A stretch of DNA of 64,000 nt. Source: Octopus sinensis. Its lineage: Eukaryota. Position 1 is the first letter of the stretch. Each line of letters opens with the position of its first letter. This document shows, one piece after another, positions 12,815-25,784 of this stretch. The DNA lies in contig NC_042999.1 of the NCBI RefSeq assembly GCF_006345805.1, forward strand, positions 116,622,001 through 116,686,000, in the 5' to 3' direction. Below the pieces are notes generated by a model. That model saw only the letters and a program-made list of their open reading frames with translations. It was not told where the DNA came from and made no database searches. Made by a program: the position numbers and the translations under genes.

Positions 12815-13307
12815 CGAGTTCTGATCAATAAGTATCCGGACAGTTATCATAGTAACGAAGCTAAAGAACACAGCGAAACCGCATGAGTTTTAACGTTCTG
12901 GCTCAATCCTGCTGTTTACAGCAGTGCTTGGAAGGAAGATGTGTATCGGGTGATCGTCACATTGAACATGACGGGGAAAGTTGTCATGGTGATACCTGCT
13001 CAGAGGTCTGCGCAAAGTTGCAGAAAGAAAATTTTACGTAGGCCTCTAAGAGGTATCGCCAAGCTTTTGGCAAAATTTGATACAGATTCTCTGCTCAACT
13101 TTCTAAGTCATGATCAATGCAACGATCAGATGCTACACACCTTCCTTGCAAGCACTGTTGTAAACAACAGAAATGAGCTAGCACGTTAAAACATAGTGCA
13201 CATGCACAGCAGAGTTCATGCTCAATCTGTGCCAAGCGACTTTATTCTGTGTGCTTTAGCTTCGTTACTATAGCAACAGTTCGGATATTTATTGACCAGA
13301 CCACGTA
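12813..13307. mobile_element. Non-autonomous mariner derivative with ~200-bp inverted arms
   Basis: TA-flanked termini TACGAGTTCTGATCAATAAGTATCCGGAC / TACGTGGTCTGGTCAATAAATATCCGAAC (reverse complement). The right arm encodes MT*KVEQRICIKFCQKLGDT on the minus strand. Confidence 0.85.
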
Positions 13308-14085
13308 TATATATATATGAACATGCATATATGCATACATACTCATTATTGGTGCACAACATGTTGAAATATTTTTACTCATTATTGGACTCTCTGACAG
13401 GCTTTGCATTTCATTTCGCTGAGTATCTGAAAATTACTCACCTCACCACACAAGCATTCTGGGATTATTACCAGTTTAGTGGCTGCTGGCTCCGACCACG
13501 CAACAGGTTGTACTGTGTTACACGTTAGCAGCACTCTAAGTGAGGCTGTGCAAATATAGAGAAGGGTGACGACATCTTGTTCATTGCTCTCGAGAATTCT
13601 AAGGATCCAAGTGTTCATTTTGCAAGCTTTGTCGACTATATTATATTACTGATGTGATCTCACTAGTTTGGGTCGGTGACCCACAATTTCGCCTAAGACT
13701 CTGACATTATAAGACGTCGTGACAAGTTCTCTTGAGGCAAAAGAATATGACTATTTAAAGTAAATGAGCATAATTTTTTCTTCGTTTAACAGCATCTAGT
13801 CATGTTTCACTCATCGAATTACAATATGTAGGTCGCCTCGGAGCTATATCCCATTACCTACACTGTTGATTGCTTTCTGAAGTTTCGAGCCGTCTGCGAA
13901 AGTTTTGAATTGACTTATTTTGTTGACATTTATGATGTGGGTTTATGTAAGTAATAAAGATAAATAGGGTCTGACGGTATGTATTAGGAGACATTACATA
14001 TGACTTTAGCTGGGCTTCAGTGGATCCATGAAACAATGAGAAGTTGATTCTGCTTACCAAAAACCACATCTTCCACAAAAGCAGA

Positions 14086-14168
<83 letters not shown>

Positions 14169-14231
14169 TTATCTATCTATCTATTTGTCTATCTCATTCT
14201 CTCTGTCACTCCCACTCTCTCTGTATACATA

Positions 14232-14980
14232 TACTAGGTCTGATCAATAAGTATCCGTACTGTTGCCACAGTAACGAAGCTAAAGCACCCAGAGTGAAAC
14301 CGCTTGGCAAAGATTGACCTTGAACTCAGCTGTGCATGCGTATAAGTTTTAACGTCCTAGCTCACTTCTGCTGTTTACGGCACTGCTTGGAAGGAAGGTG
14401 TGTAGCATGTGATTGTCGCATTGACTATAATAGAGAAAGTTGTCGTGGCGATACTTACTCAGAGGCCTACGCAAAATTGCAGAAAGTGTATGAGCCGCAC
14501 ACAAATGTACGAGTGGTTCAGACGTATCCAAGATGGCCAAAAAGATGTGGATATTGACGAACGTTCTGGGAGACCTGCAACCAGCAGAACTGAGAAAAAC
14601 ATCGCAGATGTGTTTGCAGCTGTGAGGGGAAATCGTCGAAGCACCATCCGTGAGTTATCAGAGAATGTGCAGATTAGTTACGGTTCAGTTCAGTCCATTA
14701 TCACATGTCAGCCAAGTTTGTGCTAAAACTGCTTTCAGCTGACCAAAAAGACACTCGGGTTTCAGTTACACAAGATCTCCTTGATTGTGTCGAGAATGAT
14801 GAAAACCTTTTGAAAACTTAATGTAGGCCTCTGAGCAGGTATCACCAAGTTTTGGGCAAAATTTGATGCAGATTCTCTGCTCAGCTTTCTCTGTCATGAT
14901 CAATGCGACGATCACACGCTACACACCTTCCTTCCAAGCACTGCTGTAAACAGCGGAAGTGAGTTAGAACGTTAAAACTT
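14232..14980 (+). mobile_element. Mariner transposase relic (HTH region) fused to an inverted second left end
   Basis: The plus strand gives MSRTQMYEWFRRIQDGQKDVDIDERSGRPATSRTEKNI...NRRSTIREL..SYGSVQSII (mariner HTH). Minus strand ~14905-14823 gives MTEKAEQRICIKFCPKLGDTCSEAY. The left TIR matches the element at 12813. Confidence 0.88.
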
Positions 14981-15355
14981 AATTCTTAAACTCCAGCATT
15001 TTTATCAGGGTAAAATACCCCAGAAACAGATAAGTTGGTTACAAGAAAAGCAAAGGCAAAATTTAAGAAGAATTATCAGATGTTACATATACAGCTGTTT
15101 CAAATACTAAGTGAATGATATTGCAATGATATTGCAATGTGCGATACAAATATGTGTACATTATGAGGTCATGCAAGTCAAAAGCATATAAGCGAACTTA
15201 TTATCAACGTGCATGCCTTCTAATACATGAGTAATACCACGGAAAAACATAGAACATTCTCTTCAGAAGGATGAATGACAAATGCGATGGTAGGAACAAT
15301 ATTCATATTGAAATAATATAGGAATAATATTCATATTTGCATCGAGAAATTAGAT

Positions 15356-15620
15356 CAGTATTTCTCAACCATTTTTTGCCTATGGACCTCTATGATTCTT
15401 ATTTTACTTAGAATTTTACTCAGATGGAACCCCCCCCCCCATGTTAAAAAAAGAATTCGATTAGATTTTGATAATTAAATATTATTAGATATTGAATAAA
15501 AATATAGTTAAGATATTTTGTGTATTGTAGACTTATAACCAATATAATACTCATAAACTTTAACAATAAAATCTTACATGGATCCCAAAGGGCCATATGG
15601 ACAGCGGTTGAGAACCATGG
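15356..15620. mobile_element. hAT (Charlie-like) MITE with perfect 8-bp TSD
   Basis: TIRs CAGTATTTCTCAACC / CCATGGTTCTCAACC (reverse complement). AATTAGAT lies at both 15348-15355 and 15621-15628. Confidence 0.85.
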
Positions 15621-16156
15621 AATTAGATAAGAAAAAAAGAGACGATGAATAAAGGAGAGGTTATTTTTGGAGGGGTAAGGAGAGAAAAGGCGAAAGTGAG
15701 AAAAGTATGTTAGGTAGAGAAAGAGAGAGAGAGAGAGAGAGAGATAAAGTGTACGATGTAGAGGAGGATTTAGAAAGAGGAGGAAATTAACGATGAAGTT
15801 AAGAAGGAGGAAAGAGTAGGAAAAGATATGAAGTTGTAGTATAAGGGGAAGTAGAGCTAATGCAGGGAAGAAAGTGCAGAAGGATAAAGAAAAGAGGGAC
15901 AGAAGTGCAGATCAGACGGCCAATCAATTATTATTATTATAGACTACACAATTCAATGAGGCCTTCTTTTCTATATTTGTTGTTTATTTCAAATCGTCTC
16001 AAATCGTAGACGTTCTGAATCAAGGCCGTGACATACCATTCTAGGGTGGCCTGGTTATTATTTCTTACAGGCCAAATGACCACATTAACCGACATTCAGA
16101 GCTTTTATTTGCTATCAGACAAAACGTATATGCTTATGTTATTAATAGCATTGGTA

Positions 16157-16212
<56 letters not shown>

Positions 16213-17244
16213 TGCATATGTCTTGCGCGCATGCACATATAGTTTTGCTTACATGAAAAGCATGTTAATGTGATAACAATGTATTGTAGTTGGGTAAGGT
16301 CATTTCTTGGACTCATTTTATTTTTCATTAAGCTAATTATACTGGTCATAAATCTTGTTAACCCTTTCTATACGTTAAAAAAAGAAGCTGTCAACTGATC
16401 GGAATTAAATATGTTATGCAGAGGAGTTCCAGTAAAAGCGAAACATGACAGCGTGTGTGGAAAGAAGAGCGGGTATAACGCGGATAGAAACAAGAGGCAG
16501 ACATGATAAATCATTCATACTCTGTCTGTAGAATGGTAAATGTAGTATTTCGGTTTAAGAATATAATATAAAAAATCAAAATATTGTCTAAAAGAGCTCT
16601 TTACTCTACTCACATGAGGAGATGCATATGCCACAATTAATGAATGATATTAATTAACATGATGTTATTTATAATACATAAACCATTCAACAATGAACAG
16701 CTGGTAATAATGTGTTGAAACAATTATAGTGAAATGAAATAAAGCATGTTCAATTCATTTTTTCTTATTAATATCAATATAATCATATATATATCAGGTA
16801 AGTTTTGTCTTAATAATTCCGATGCGCACTCTTCTATCTTTACTATCTCTTCTCTGTCTATCTCTCTCCCCCTCTTGTTCTTCATCCTTTCTGGTTTTCT
16901 CTCCCACCCTTCCCTATTCTTTACCTCTCCTCTTCACCGTTCCCTCTCTCTCATTCCTCCTCCTTGACTCTCTCGTCGCTGACACGTGACGAAAGAGAAT
17001 CTATCTTTCTGCTCATGACCTTCCTGAAGACAACACGTGCTTACACTGTCTCCTCTCATAAGCTCGTCTCCCTAGCGTTCATAATAATTTTTCTATCGTC
17101 TTGACTTAACAGCCCTCACCGTTTGTTTTTACTGTTTTGTTCTCACTGTCCTGTTCTTGTTACCGCTTCCAACCTCCGCAAAAAATCCCAAATTTTATTT
17201 AATTTGCTTTGCGGGAAGGACTGTTTCAACGGAGTCGCGTATTG

Positions 17245-17595
<351 letters not shown>

Positions 17596-17743
17596 GACGA
17601 GATTCTTTCAGTTTTCGTCTGCCAAATTCACTCAAAAGATTTTGGTTGGCCCCGGGGTTACAGTAGAAGACACTTGCCCAAGGTGCCATGCCATTGTATT
17701 GAACCCGGAATCATGTAGTTGGGAAGCAAGCTACTTACCACAC
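17596..17743 (-). mobile_element. SINE family B, 5' half
   Basis: The reverse complement gives GTGTGGTAAGTAGCTTGCTTCCCAAC...GGTTCAA...CCTTGGGCAAGTGTCTTCTAC. Confidence 0.85.
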
Positions 17744-18261
17744 TAATATAGCCATAGTTGTATGACCTACATGTCACAGCAAAACCTAGCTTATTATAAC
17801 GTGTAAAATGAATTTCGCTGCGTTGTTCATGGGAAATATGAATGCGGGCTTGTTGGTAACATTGTTGACGTTAGCTTTGCTATTGTTATTGTTTAGCAAC
17901 AGATTTTTTGATGAAAGAAGTTCCAGCCATAACTATCGCCTCTTATCCTTTAATGTGGTAATATATTATAGAGTGTTGTTTGAGGATTAGCTTACGACGC
18001 CTGCTATTTTTGAGAATTCGAGCAACCACACAGTAGTTGTTTCATTAAGTTGTGTGCAGAGATATCTTGAGAGTGCATTTGTGTGCACCATATGTACATA
18101 TAAAGAGGGGTGGAGCGGGGTGCCATTCTGAAGAGGACAGTCTTTAGTTATGAGTAGGTTTTGAATGAATTATGAGTATTTTCAAGTAGGTTGTTAATGT
18201 AGAGAGCAGAAAATGGTCAGCAATATGTGACCAAAGTAAAAGCTGAAGAGTGAAAGAGAGG

Positions 18262-18307
<46 letters not shown>

Positions 18308-18724
18308 GAGAGAGAGCACATGGTGCATTCTATAAGTAGGTATCTGTGAGTTTGCATATATGTCTCTATGAAAGTGTGTGTGTAGACACACACACACTTA
18401 CGTACGTACACACACACACATAATGTATACATATATATATATATATAAGATATGTATGTTTACACTCGCACACGTGTGTGTATGTATATATATATATATA
18501 TAATTTCATGATTATTGAGACCTATGCAAAAACAAAACTTCGTTATAGCTGCAAAATAAAGTATTTGTAATATTTAAGCATACACACACACAGGCACACA
18601 CACACACAGGCACACACACACACATACGCACAAACACACATCCATTCGATCTTTAGCGACATCAGCTATCTTACTAAGGTTTGTTTCTAGATTAGGTTAT
18701 GAGATAAGATAGATGTAACATAAA

Positions 18725-18870
18725 AAGTCTGAGCTCAAATTCCGCCAAGGTTGACTGTGCCTTTTATCCTTTCGAAGTTGATAAAACAAGTAACCGTCAA
18801 CTACTGGGGCCGATGTAATCGACTTCCCCCTCACTCCCCCAAACTATTTACCCTGTGTCAAAATCTGAAA
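18725..18870 (+). mobile_element. SINE family A, partial
   Basis: CTGAGCTCAAATTCCGCCAAGGTTGACTGTGCC...GATGTAATCGACTT...GTGTCAAAATCTGAAACC. Confidence 0.75.
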
Positions 18871-19459
18871 CCTTTTTTTTTTTCTTGTGGAACTTACACT
18901 CTGATGGGTACAAAAGCCAAACATAGAGAAGTACTTAATGGAATGACTAATACAGATGCTGGGATAAAAACTGTATTGGACAACGCTGTGAAGGTACTTG
19001 CGATTACCCTGGCAGCGGGTCTGTTACTCATTATACGGTATAGGTGGGACGTGCAGATGAAATTTTGGCAATTTGGTATTGTGTATTATTAAGGCGGGTG
19101 ATTGTTGTGGTGTAGAAGCATATACAGTGAGCGAACCTTAAACTATCTCGTTGGATTTAACTGGGAAATCGAGAGTTTTTGATGTGAGAAGTGATGTGGA
19201 ATACATCGGAACTGTTATAGGGTTAGAGAGTAGAAATAGGAAGTTGCTTAGGGGTAAATGTCGGCTGGTAAAATAAAGCCATTTTAAGCTTAAAAAACAA
19301 AATCAATAATTATTATTATTTTGTAATAGTAAAAAAAAATTATTTTGAGTTTACCAATACGTACATGCAATTTTGTGATTTCGTAATTTCATGATTTCGT
19401 TCACTAAGCCACACTACTTTATGGTGCGTATCTCAACATTTACTGTATGTATTATAATA

Positions 19460-19630
19460 GGAGTCGGAGTGGTTTGTGTGATAAGTAGCTTGCTTACGAA
19501 CCACATGGTTCCGGGTTCAGTCCCACTGCGTGGCACCTTAGGCAAGTGTCTTCTACTATAGCCTCGGCCCGACCAAAGCCTTGTGAGTGGATTTGGTAGA
19601 CGGAAGCTAAAAGAAGCCCGTCGTATATAT

Positions 19631-19698
<68 letters not shown>

Positions 19699-19965
19699 GT
19701 ATGTATGTATGTATGTATGTATGTATGTATGTATGTATGTATGTATGTGTATATGTTTGTGTGTCTATGTTTGTCCCCTTCAGCATCGCTTAACAACCGA
19801 TGCTGGTGTGTTTACGTCCCCGTAACTTAGCGGTTCGGCAAAAGACACCGATAGAATAAGTACTAGGCTTACAAAGAATAAGTCCTGGGGTCGATTTGCT
19901 CGACTAAATGCGCTGCTCCAGCATGGCCGCAGTCAAATGACTGAAGAAAGTAAAAGTGTAAAAGA
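19460..19965 (+). mobile_element. SINE family B, full length with internal (TA)n(TATG)n; CpGs intact
   Basis: tRNA-like head (GTGGTTTGTGTGATAAG; GGTTCAGTCCC B-box), complete body and AAAGTAAAAG tail. Confidence 0.9.
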
Positions 19966-20887
19966 GAGTATGATTTTGTATGCTTTCGTTCTTATTTATT
20001 GTACAGTAACATGATTTGATGCGCTTTTAACGGTTTTCTTGTGATATTACGATTCCAGTATTTGTGGTGGACAGACTTTTAAAGTCGAGTAAAATGACTC
20101 AACTTGATTTCTATTCTTCCATATATTATTTTTGAAAACTGACGTATAATCGAGAACGTCTTAAATCGAAACGACCTGAGCCGCAGTATGCCTGTACAGG
20201 AGTGACAGGCAACACAATTCTGTTTTTAATATTCTACGTACCACTAATAAGCGATCATCTTCTTGTTAAAGTGGTGTGATAAGTCAATGTGGTTAAATAG
20301 CACGTGTTTCTTGCCGAAATTTTGTAACATACAGGTGTGAATAAGATGGAAATTCACAGTGAGAATTATAATTTATAATTAGAACAATCATATGAATTTG
20401 GGTTTGAGTTAAACGTGTTGAAGGATTGTTGTTATGAATAACCTTGAAAATAAATTCTGTAGAGCCATGTGAGAGGTGAGAACGGTAAATGTTGGAGAGA
20501 AAACAACCTGGGAAATTAACATTCGTGATCGATAACCTGGTGGAATTGAAAACGCTAAACCTCATTAAGATTAGCTCACACATACATAAGACAACAATTC
20601 GATTCCGTTGGTTCCTGCTCTTGCTAGGTCCTGACTTCTGCTACACACACTCACACACGCGCGCGCACACACATTTCCAATGTGCTTGAAGTAGCTCAAT
20701 AATGTAAACATTATAATCACAAACATAAAATATGCGAGTTGTTACAAAGCGGCAGCAATTCGTCAAAGGGAAATTGGTTTAAATCGTTTGTGTTGTACAT
20801 ATTTGGTACGCTACAGATAGAACTCAACTCCCTCCTGGCGTCCTGAACAACAAAATACCAATATTCTAACAAATGCTACCAATGATT

Positions 20888-20970
20888 AAAAACTCTTGCA
20901 CGGGGCATTGCTGACACTTAACACTTGTCAGTAATGACCATGATCGTTTAGCGACTAGTCAACCATCCTC
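20888..20970 (+). mobile_element. RTE-like 3' terminal segment followed by (TATG)n
   Basis: ~80 bp nearly identical to 33094-33175. The terminal ATGACCATGATCGT.TA.CGA..AGT.AACCATC resembles the terminus of the coding RTE copy (33901-33934). Confidence 0.55.
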
Positions 20971-21018
20971 GCGTGTGTATGTATGTATGTATGTATGTAT
21001 GTATGTATGTATGTATGT

Positions 21019-21362
21019 GGAGGCGCAATGGCCCAGTGGTTAGGGCAGTGGACTCGTTTATTGAGCGAAAACACCTAAGCTCCACGAGCCTCCGGCAGGG
21101 GATGGTGGTGATCCCTGCTGTATTCTTTCACCACAACTTTCTCTCACTCTTACTTCCTGTTTCTGTTGTACCTGTATTTCAAAGGGCCGGCTTTGTCACT
21201 CTCTGTGTCACGCTGAATATCCCCGAGAACTACGTTAAGGGTACACGTGTCTGTGGAGTGCTCAGCCACTTACACGTTAATTTCACGAGCAGGCTGTTCC
21301 GTTGATTCGGATCAACCGGAACCCTCGTCGACGTAACCGACGGAGTGCTTCAAAAGAAAAAA
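21019..21362 (+). mobile_element. SINE family C head/body with family D tail
   Basis: Head GGAGGCGCAATGGCCCAGTGGTTAGGGCAG and body TTATTGAGCGAAAACACCTAA...CTCTCACTCTT as in 24265-24587. The 3' half CCCGAGAACTACGTTAAGGGTACACGTGTCTGTGG...CCCTCGTCG matches 1161-1494. Confidence 0.85.
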
Positions 21363-21384
21363 TGTATGTATGTATGTATAAAAA

Positions 21385-21553
21385 AAGGCGAGCTGGCAGA
21401 ATCATCATTGTGCCATGCTTTAGCGGCATTTCCTCCGTCTTCATGTTCTGAGTTCAAATTCCGCCGAGGTCGACTTTGCCTTTCATCCTTTCGGGGTCAG
21501 TAGAATAAATACCGCTCTTACGAAATTGCTGACCCTGTGTCAAAATTTGAAAA
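21385..21553 (+). mobile_element. SINE family A
   Basis: GGCGAGCTGGCAGAATC head; CCGCCGAGGTCGACTTTGCCTTTCATCCTTTCGGGGTC core. Confidence 0.8.
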
Positions 21554-21638
21554 CAATATACATAGATACATACATACATACACATATACATACATAAATA
21601 CATACATACATACATACATACATACATACATACATACA

Positions 21639-21671
<33 letters not shown>

Positions 21672-21943
21672 GCGCAGGCGTGGCTGTGTGGTAAGAAGTT
21701 TGCTTCCCGACCAAATGGTTCCGGTTCAGTCCCACTGCTTGACAACTGCGTGACAACTGCGTGACACCTGCGTGGTACCTGTATGGCATTTGTGAGGCAC
21801 TTGCGTAGCATCTGCGTGGCAAGTGCATGGGAACTGCATGGCAACTGCGCGGCACCTGCATGACAAGAGTCTTCTAGTATAACGTCTGGTCGACCAAAGC
21901 TTTTGAGTGGATTTTACAGACGGAAACTGAAAGAAACCCGTCG
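21672..21943 (+). mobile_element. SINE family B, 5' half, containing a 12 x 11-bp minisatellite (21734-21865)
   Basis: Normal head; ACTGCGTGGCA-type units replace the consensus ACTGCGTGGCACCTTGGGCA; the normal body resumes at AGAGTCTTCTAG. Confidence 0.85.
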
Positions 21944-22489
21944 TGTGTGTTTGTGCGCGCGCGTATGTGTAATTTAAATAATAACGAGTTAAAGAAATAA
22001 AGTGACCAGTGGCATGTAATTGAACAACATAGACAAATACAAGTATATCAAATACCATACAGCATAAATTCTTGATTTATTAAAAATTATCACCCACCTC
22101 TAGAGGATTACCACAATCACCAAATGGCAATTAAGACCCGCTCCACTCGAGAGGGGAACATAATTGCGAGAGTCAAGTACTTTCCCAAAGTTAACATGCC
22201 AGTAATGAAATGTGTGAGCTTGCTGTCTGAAGACAAGAGGACAGACATGTTCATGTGTTTCTGGCTTGATAACCGTCATCAACACGACAATTGACATACC
22301 TCATCTCCAGTAGTTTAGGGGCTTACGCTTATAAAAATCAAGGTGTGGGGTAGAGTGAACACATTTATGGCCAAGGTAATTTACAGAATTTAACCGAAAT
22401 GAATGAAATAATTCAGAATGGCTAGTTGTATGCATTTGAGCAACATACACAAATGTATAAATAGATAGATAGATAGACAGACAGATAGG

Positions 22490-22564
<75 letters not shown>

Positions 22565-22814
22565 ATATAATCACAATGTATGTATGCATGCATGCATGCA
22601 TGTATGTATGTATGTATGTATGTATGTGTGTACAGAGAGAGGGAGAGAGTGAGAGGGATAGATAGATAGATACATGAACATATAAGTATACTAGGTATAT
22701 ATATGTATATCGTATCATATATGTATGTCATACCATATCATTTTGTATATGACAATCCAATAATAATTGGAAAATATATATGATATCCATATAGAATTCT
22801 ACATACATACATAC

Positions 22815-22924
22815 GAAAATACTCTGTTGTTGATGTTGAGATTCCAATGAAAGAAACTTGGATCTAGGTCAGAAACCGGTTCTTTCCCTATTAGCAAGAA
22901 ATCTTGAAATAAGCCGAATAATGA
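22815..22924 (+). mobile_element. Terminal 110 bp of the CATA-associated R4-like family
   Basis: AAAATACTCTGTTGTTGATGTTGAGATTCCAATGAA...GGATCTAGGTCAGAAACCGGTTCTTT...CAAGAAATCTTGAAATAA...AATGA matches the 3' ends of the 24066 and 31864 copies; (CATA)n on both sides. Confidence 0.75.
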
Positions 22925-22972
22925 CATACATACATATATACATACATATTTACATACATATATACATACATA

Positions 22973-23372
22973 CAGGTGTGTATTAAGAAGTTTGCACCCC
23001 AACCAAATGGTACTGGATTCAGTGTCACTGCGTGACACCTTGGACAAGTGTCTCCCACAATAGCCTGGGTCGAAAAAGCCTCGTGGGTGGATTTTGTAGA
23101 TGGAAACTGAAAGAAATCGTCGTGTGTGTGTGTGTGGTGCGTGCGTGAGTGCGTGTGCGTGTATGTGTGTGTGTGTGTTAGTGTGTGCGCATGCGCGAGC
23201 ATTTGTGCGTGTCTTTGTATCTGAGTTTGTCCCTCACCACAGGATCATAAAAACACCGGTGTTAATGTGTTTAGGTCCCCGTAAAGTAGCAGCTCGCAAA
23301 AAGGGACCGATAGAATAAGTACCAGGCTTAAAATTCTTCAAGGCCGCAGCTGAAACAAATAAAAGATAAAAG
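22973..23372 (+). mobile_element. SINE family B, decayed full length
   Basis: AAGAAGTTTGCACCCCAACC...CACTGCGTGACACCTTGGACAAGTGTCT...GATAGAATAAGTACCAGGC...AAAAGATAAAAGA. Confidence 0.8.
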
Positions 23373-23383
23373 AAAGCAAAAGT

Positions 23384-24061
23384 ACATACATACATACATT
23401 CATACACATACATACATACATACATACATACATACATACATACATACATGCATACATACATACATACATACATACATACATACATACATACATACACACA
23501 TACATACATAACATACATACATGCATGCATGCATGCATACATACATACATACATACATACATACTACATACATTCATACATACATACATACATACAAACA
23601 TACATGCATGCATACATACATACATACATACATTCATACATACATACATGCATACATACATACATACATACATACATACATACATACATGCATGCATACA
23701 TACATACATTCATACATACATACATACATACATACATACATACATACATACATACATGCATACATACATACATACATGCATCCATGCATGCATGCATACA
23801 TACATACATACATACATACATACATACATACATACATGCATGCATGCAGGCATACATACATACATACATGCATCCATGCATGCATGCATACATACATACA
23901 TACATACATACATACATACATACATACATGCACGCATGCATGCATGCAGGCATACATACATACATACATGCATGCATGCATGCATACATAATACATGCAT
24001 GCATACATACATACATACATACATACATACTACATACATACATGCATACATACATACATAT
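23384..24061. repeat. ~680-bp compound (CATA)n/(CATG)n tetranucleotide array
   Basis: Directly visible; it produces the MHTYIH/MYVC pseudo-ORFs. Internal blocks such as TGCATCCATGCATGCATG-(CATA)n-GCAGG recur. Confidence 0.95.
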
Positions 24062-24065
24062 ATGA

Positions 24066-24971
24066 AATTATTGGGGCACTAGGATATGTAACACACTGCC
24101 TAAATACCAATCTTGAGAAATTAGGCTTCTAAGCACCAGAAAGGAGTTGATTCAAAGACTACAGGTCCAAGCTAGCACTGGAACTGTAAAAATCTATAAA
24201 TCTTTCCAGAAGTTCATCATTTCAGTATATATGAGCATGTCTAGATATGCAAGTATATGTTTGAAGTTTTTTTTTTTTTATGCGCCCTTTTCAAGCCTAA
24301 CCAGGTTCATGGGCCGGTTCCCGTTTTCTATGGCGTATGTGTTCCCTCCAGCTGGACGGGACGTCAGTCCATCGCAGGGTTACTCAAGAAACAGGAAGAA
24401 AGAGTGAGAGATAGTTGGGGCGGAAGTGTACATCAGGTGTCGCCACCCCCACCCCCCTTGCCGGATCCTCGTGGTGCTTTAGGTGTTTTCGCTCAATAAA
24501 CACACACAACGCCTGGTCTGGGAATCGAAACCGCGATCCTCCGACCGCGAGTTCGCTGTCCTAACCACTGGGCCATTGCGCCTCCACATATGCTTGAGAA
24601 GACATACATAAAACAAAACATACAAATCTGCACATATATATACATGCATGCATGCATACATACATACATGCATGCATACATACATATATACATACATAAA
24701 TACATACATGCATGTATACATACATACATACATACATACATTACATACATACAAACATGCATGCATACATACATACATACATACATACATACATACATGC
24801 ATACATACATACATACATACATACATACATACATACATACATACATACATACATACATACAAAATTACCCTGTTGTTGTTGTTGAACTTCCAATAAAGGA
24901 AGCTTGGATCTTGGTTAGAAACCAGTTCTTTCTCTATTGGCAAGAAATCTTGGAATAAAACAGAATATTGA
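24066..24971 (+). mobile_element. R4-like (REL endonuclease) retrotransposon 3' end, CATA-associated family, interrupted by a SINE
   Basis: IIGALGYVTHCLNTNLEKLGF...IQRLQVQASTGTVKIYKSFQKFII, then a 3' UTR with internal (ATAC)n; homologous to 31864-32825. Confidence 0.8.
24265..24587 (-). mobile_element. SINE family C, full length, nested in the R4-like 3' UTR
   Basis: Minus-strand tRNA head (TGGCCCAGTGGTTAGG A-box; GTTTCGATTCCC B-box) and A-tail. Near-TSD ATATGTTTGA (24255-24264) / ATATGCTTGA (24588-24597). Confidence 0.88.
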
Positions 24972-25061
24972 CATACATACATACACATAGATTGCATGTA
25001 CATAAACTTGTTTACGTTATTTGAAAAGTTGTTTACATCCATTAGTTGTAAACTTGTGTGT

Positions 25062-25093
<32 letters not shown>

Positions 25094-25264
25094 GTGTGTG
25101 TGTGTGCGTGTGCATCAGTTCGGTTGAGTAAACGATGAGGGTGCGCGTGTTGATTTGTGTTTGTATTATTAAATTTGCATGCGTGTAAAATTTAATCCTG
25201 TGTGTATGTATGTGTAAGTGTATGCATGTGTCTGCGTTAGCACGAGTGCATGCGTGCGTGCGAG

Positions 25265-25305
<41 letters not shown>

Positions 25306-25366
25306 CTGAGTGTGTGTGTGTGTGTATCTGAGTGTGTGTCGGGCGAGCGGCGGGGGCGTGCGTGCG

Positions 25367-25442
<76 letters not shown>

Positions 25443-25748
25443 TGTGTGTGTGCGTGCGTGCGTGTGTGTGTTAAGTAGTAAAGTAGAACAATTTTAGAAT
25501 ATTTAATTGACTGAAACAAACCAGCGAGTAGTAGTAGTAGTAGTAGTAGTAGGTTAAGGCTATCAAGTCACCTGAAAGCTGATGAACTTTGCGTGTTCGA
25601 TGATACCTGAGTTTTGATGTATACTGTTGGTCTTGCGGCTGTTGTTGTTGCTATTGTAATCTAAATATCCAGTTTATTATTTTTATATTTGCTATTGTTG
25701 TTAATACAAGCCTTAGTTTCTATTATATTCCTTTTATTTTTCTTTTAC

Positions 25749-25784
<36 letters not shown>

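Noticed and set aside
18751-19092. 113-aa ORF with a hydrophobic C-terminal stretch
   Set aside because: The N-terminal part is SINE A sequence and the ORF starts at a non-ATG codon; no recognisable domain.
21734-21865. CRISPR-like array
   Set aside because: The units are contiguous 11-mers without spacers, inside a eukaryotic SINE; no cas genes.
22098-22226. Resemblance of LGKYLTLAIMFPSRVERVLIAIW to the ionotropic-receptor pore/M3 region
   Set aside because: The spacing does not match, in-frame stops follow immediately, and there are no supporting neighbouring exons.
23234-24082. Long overlapping ORFs (up to 205 aa) of MHTYIH/MYVC repeats, and similar YIYI, CVCV, LSLS and IYLS ORFs throughout
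   Set aside because: These are stop-free translations of (CATA)n, (TA)n, (TG)n, (CT)n and (ATCT)n microsatellites with no coding signature.
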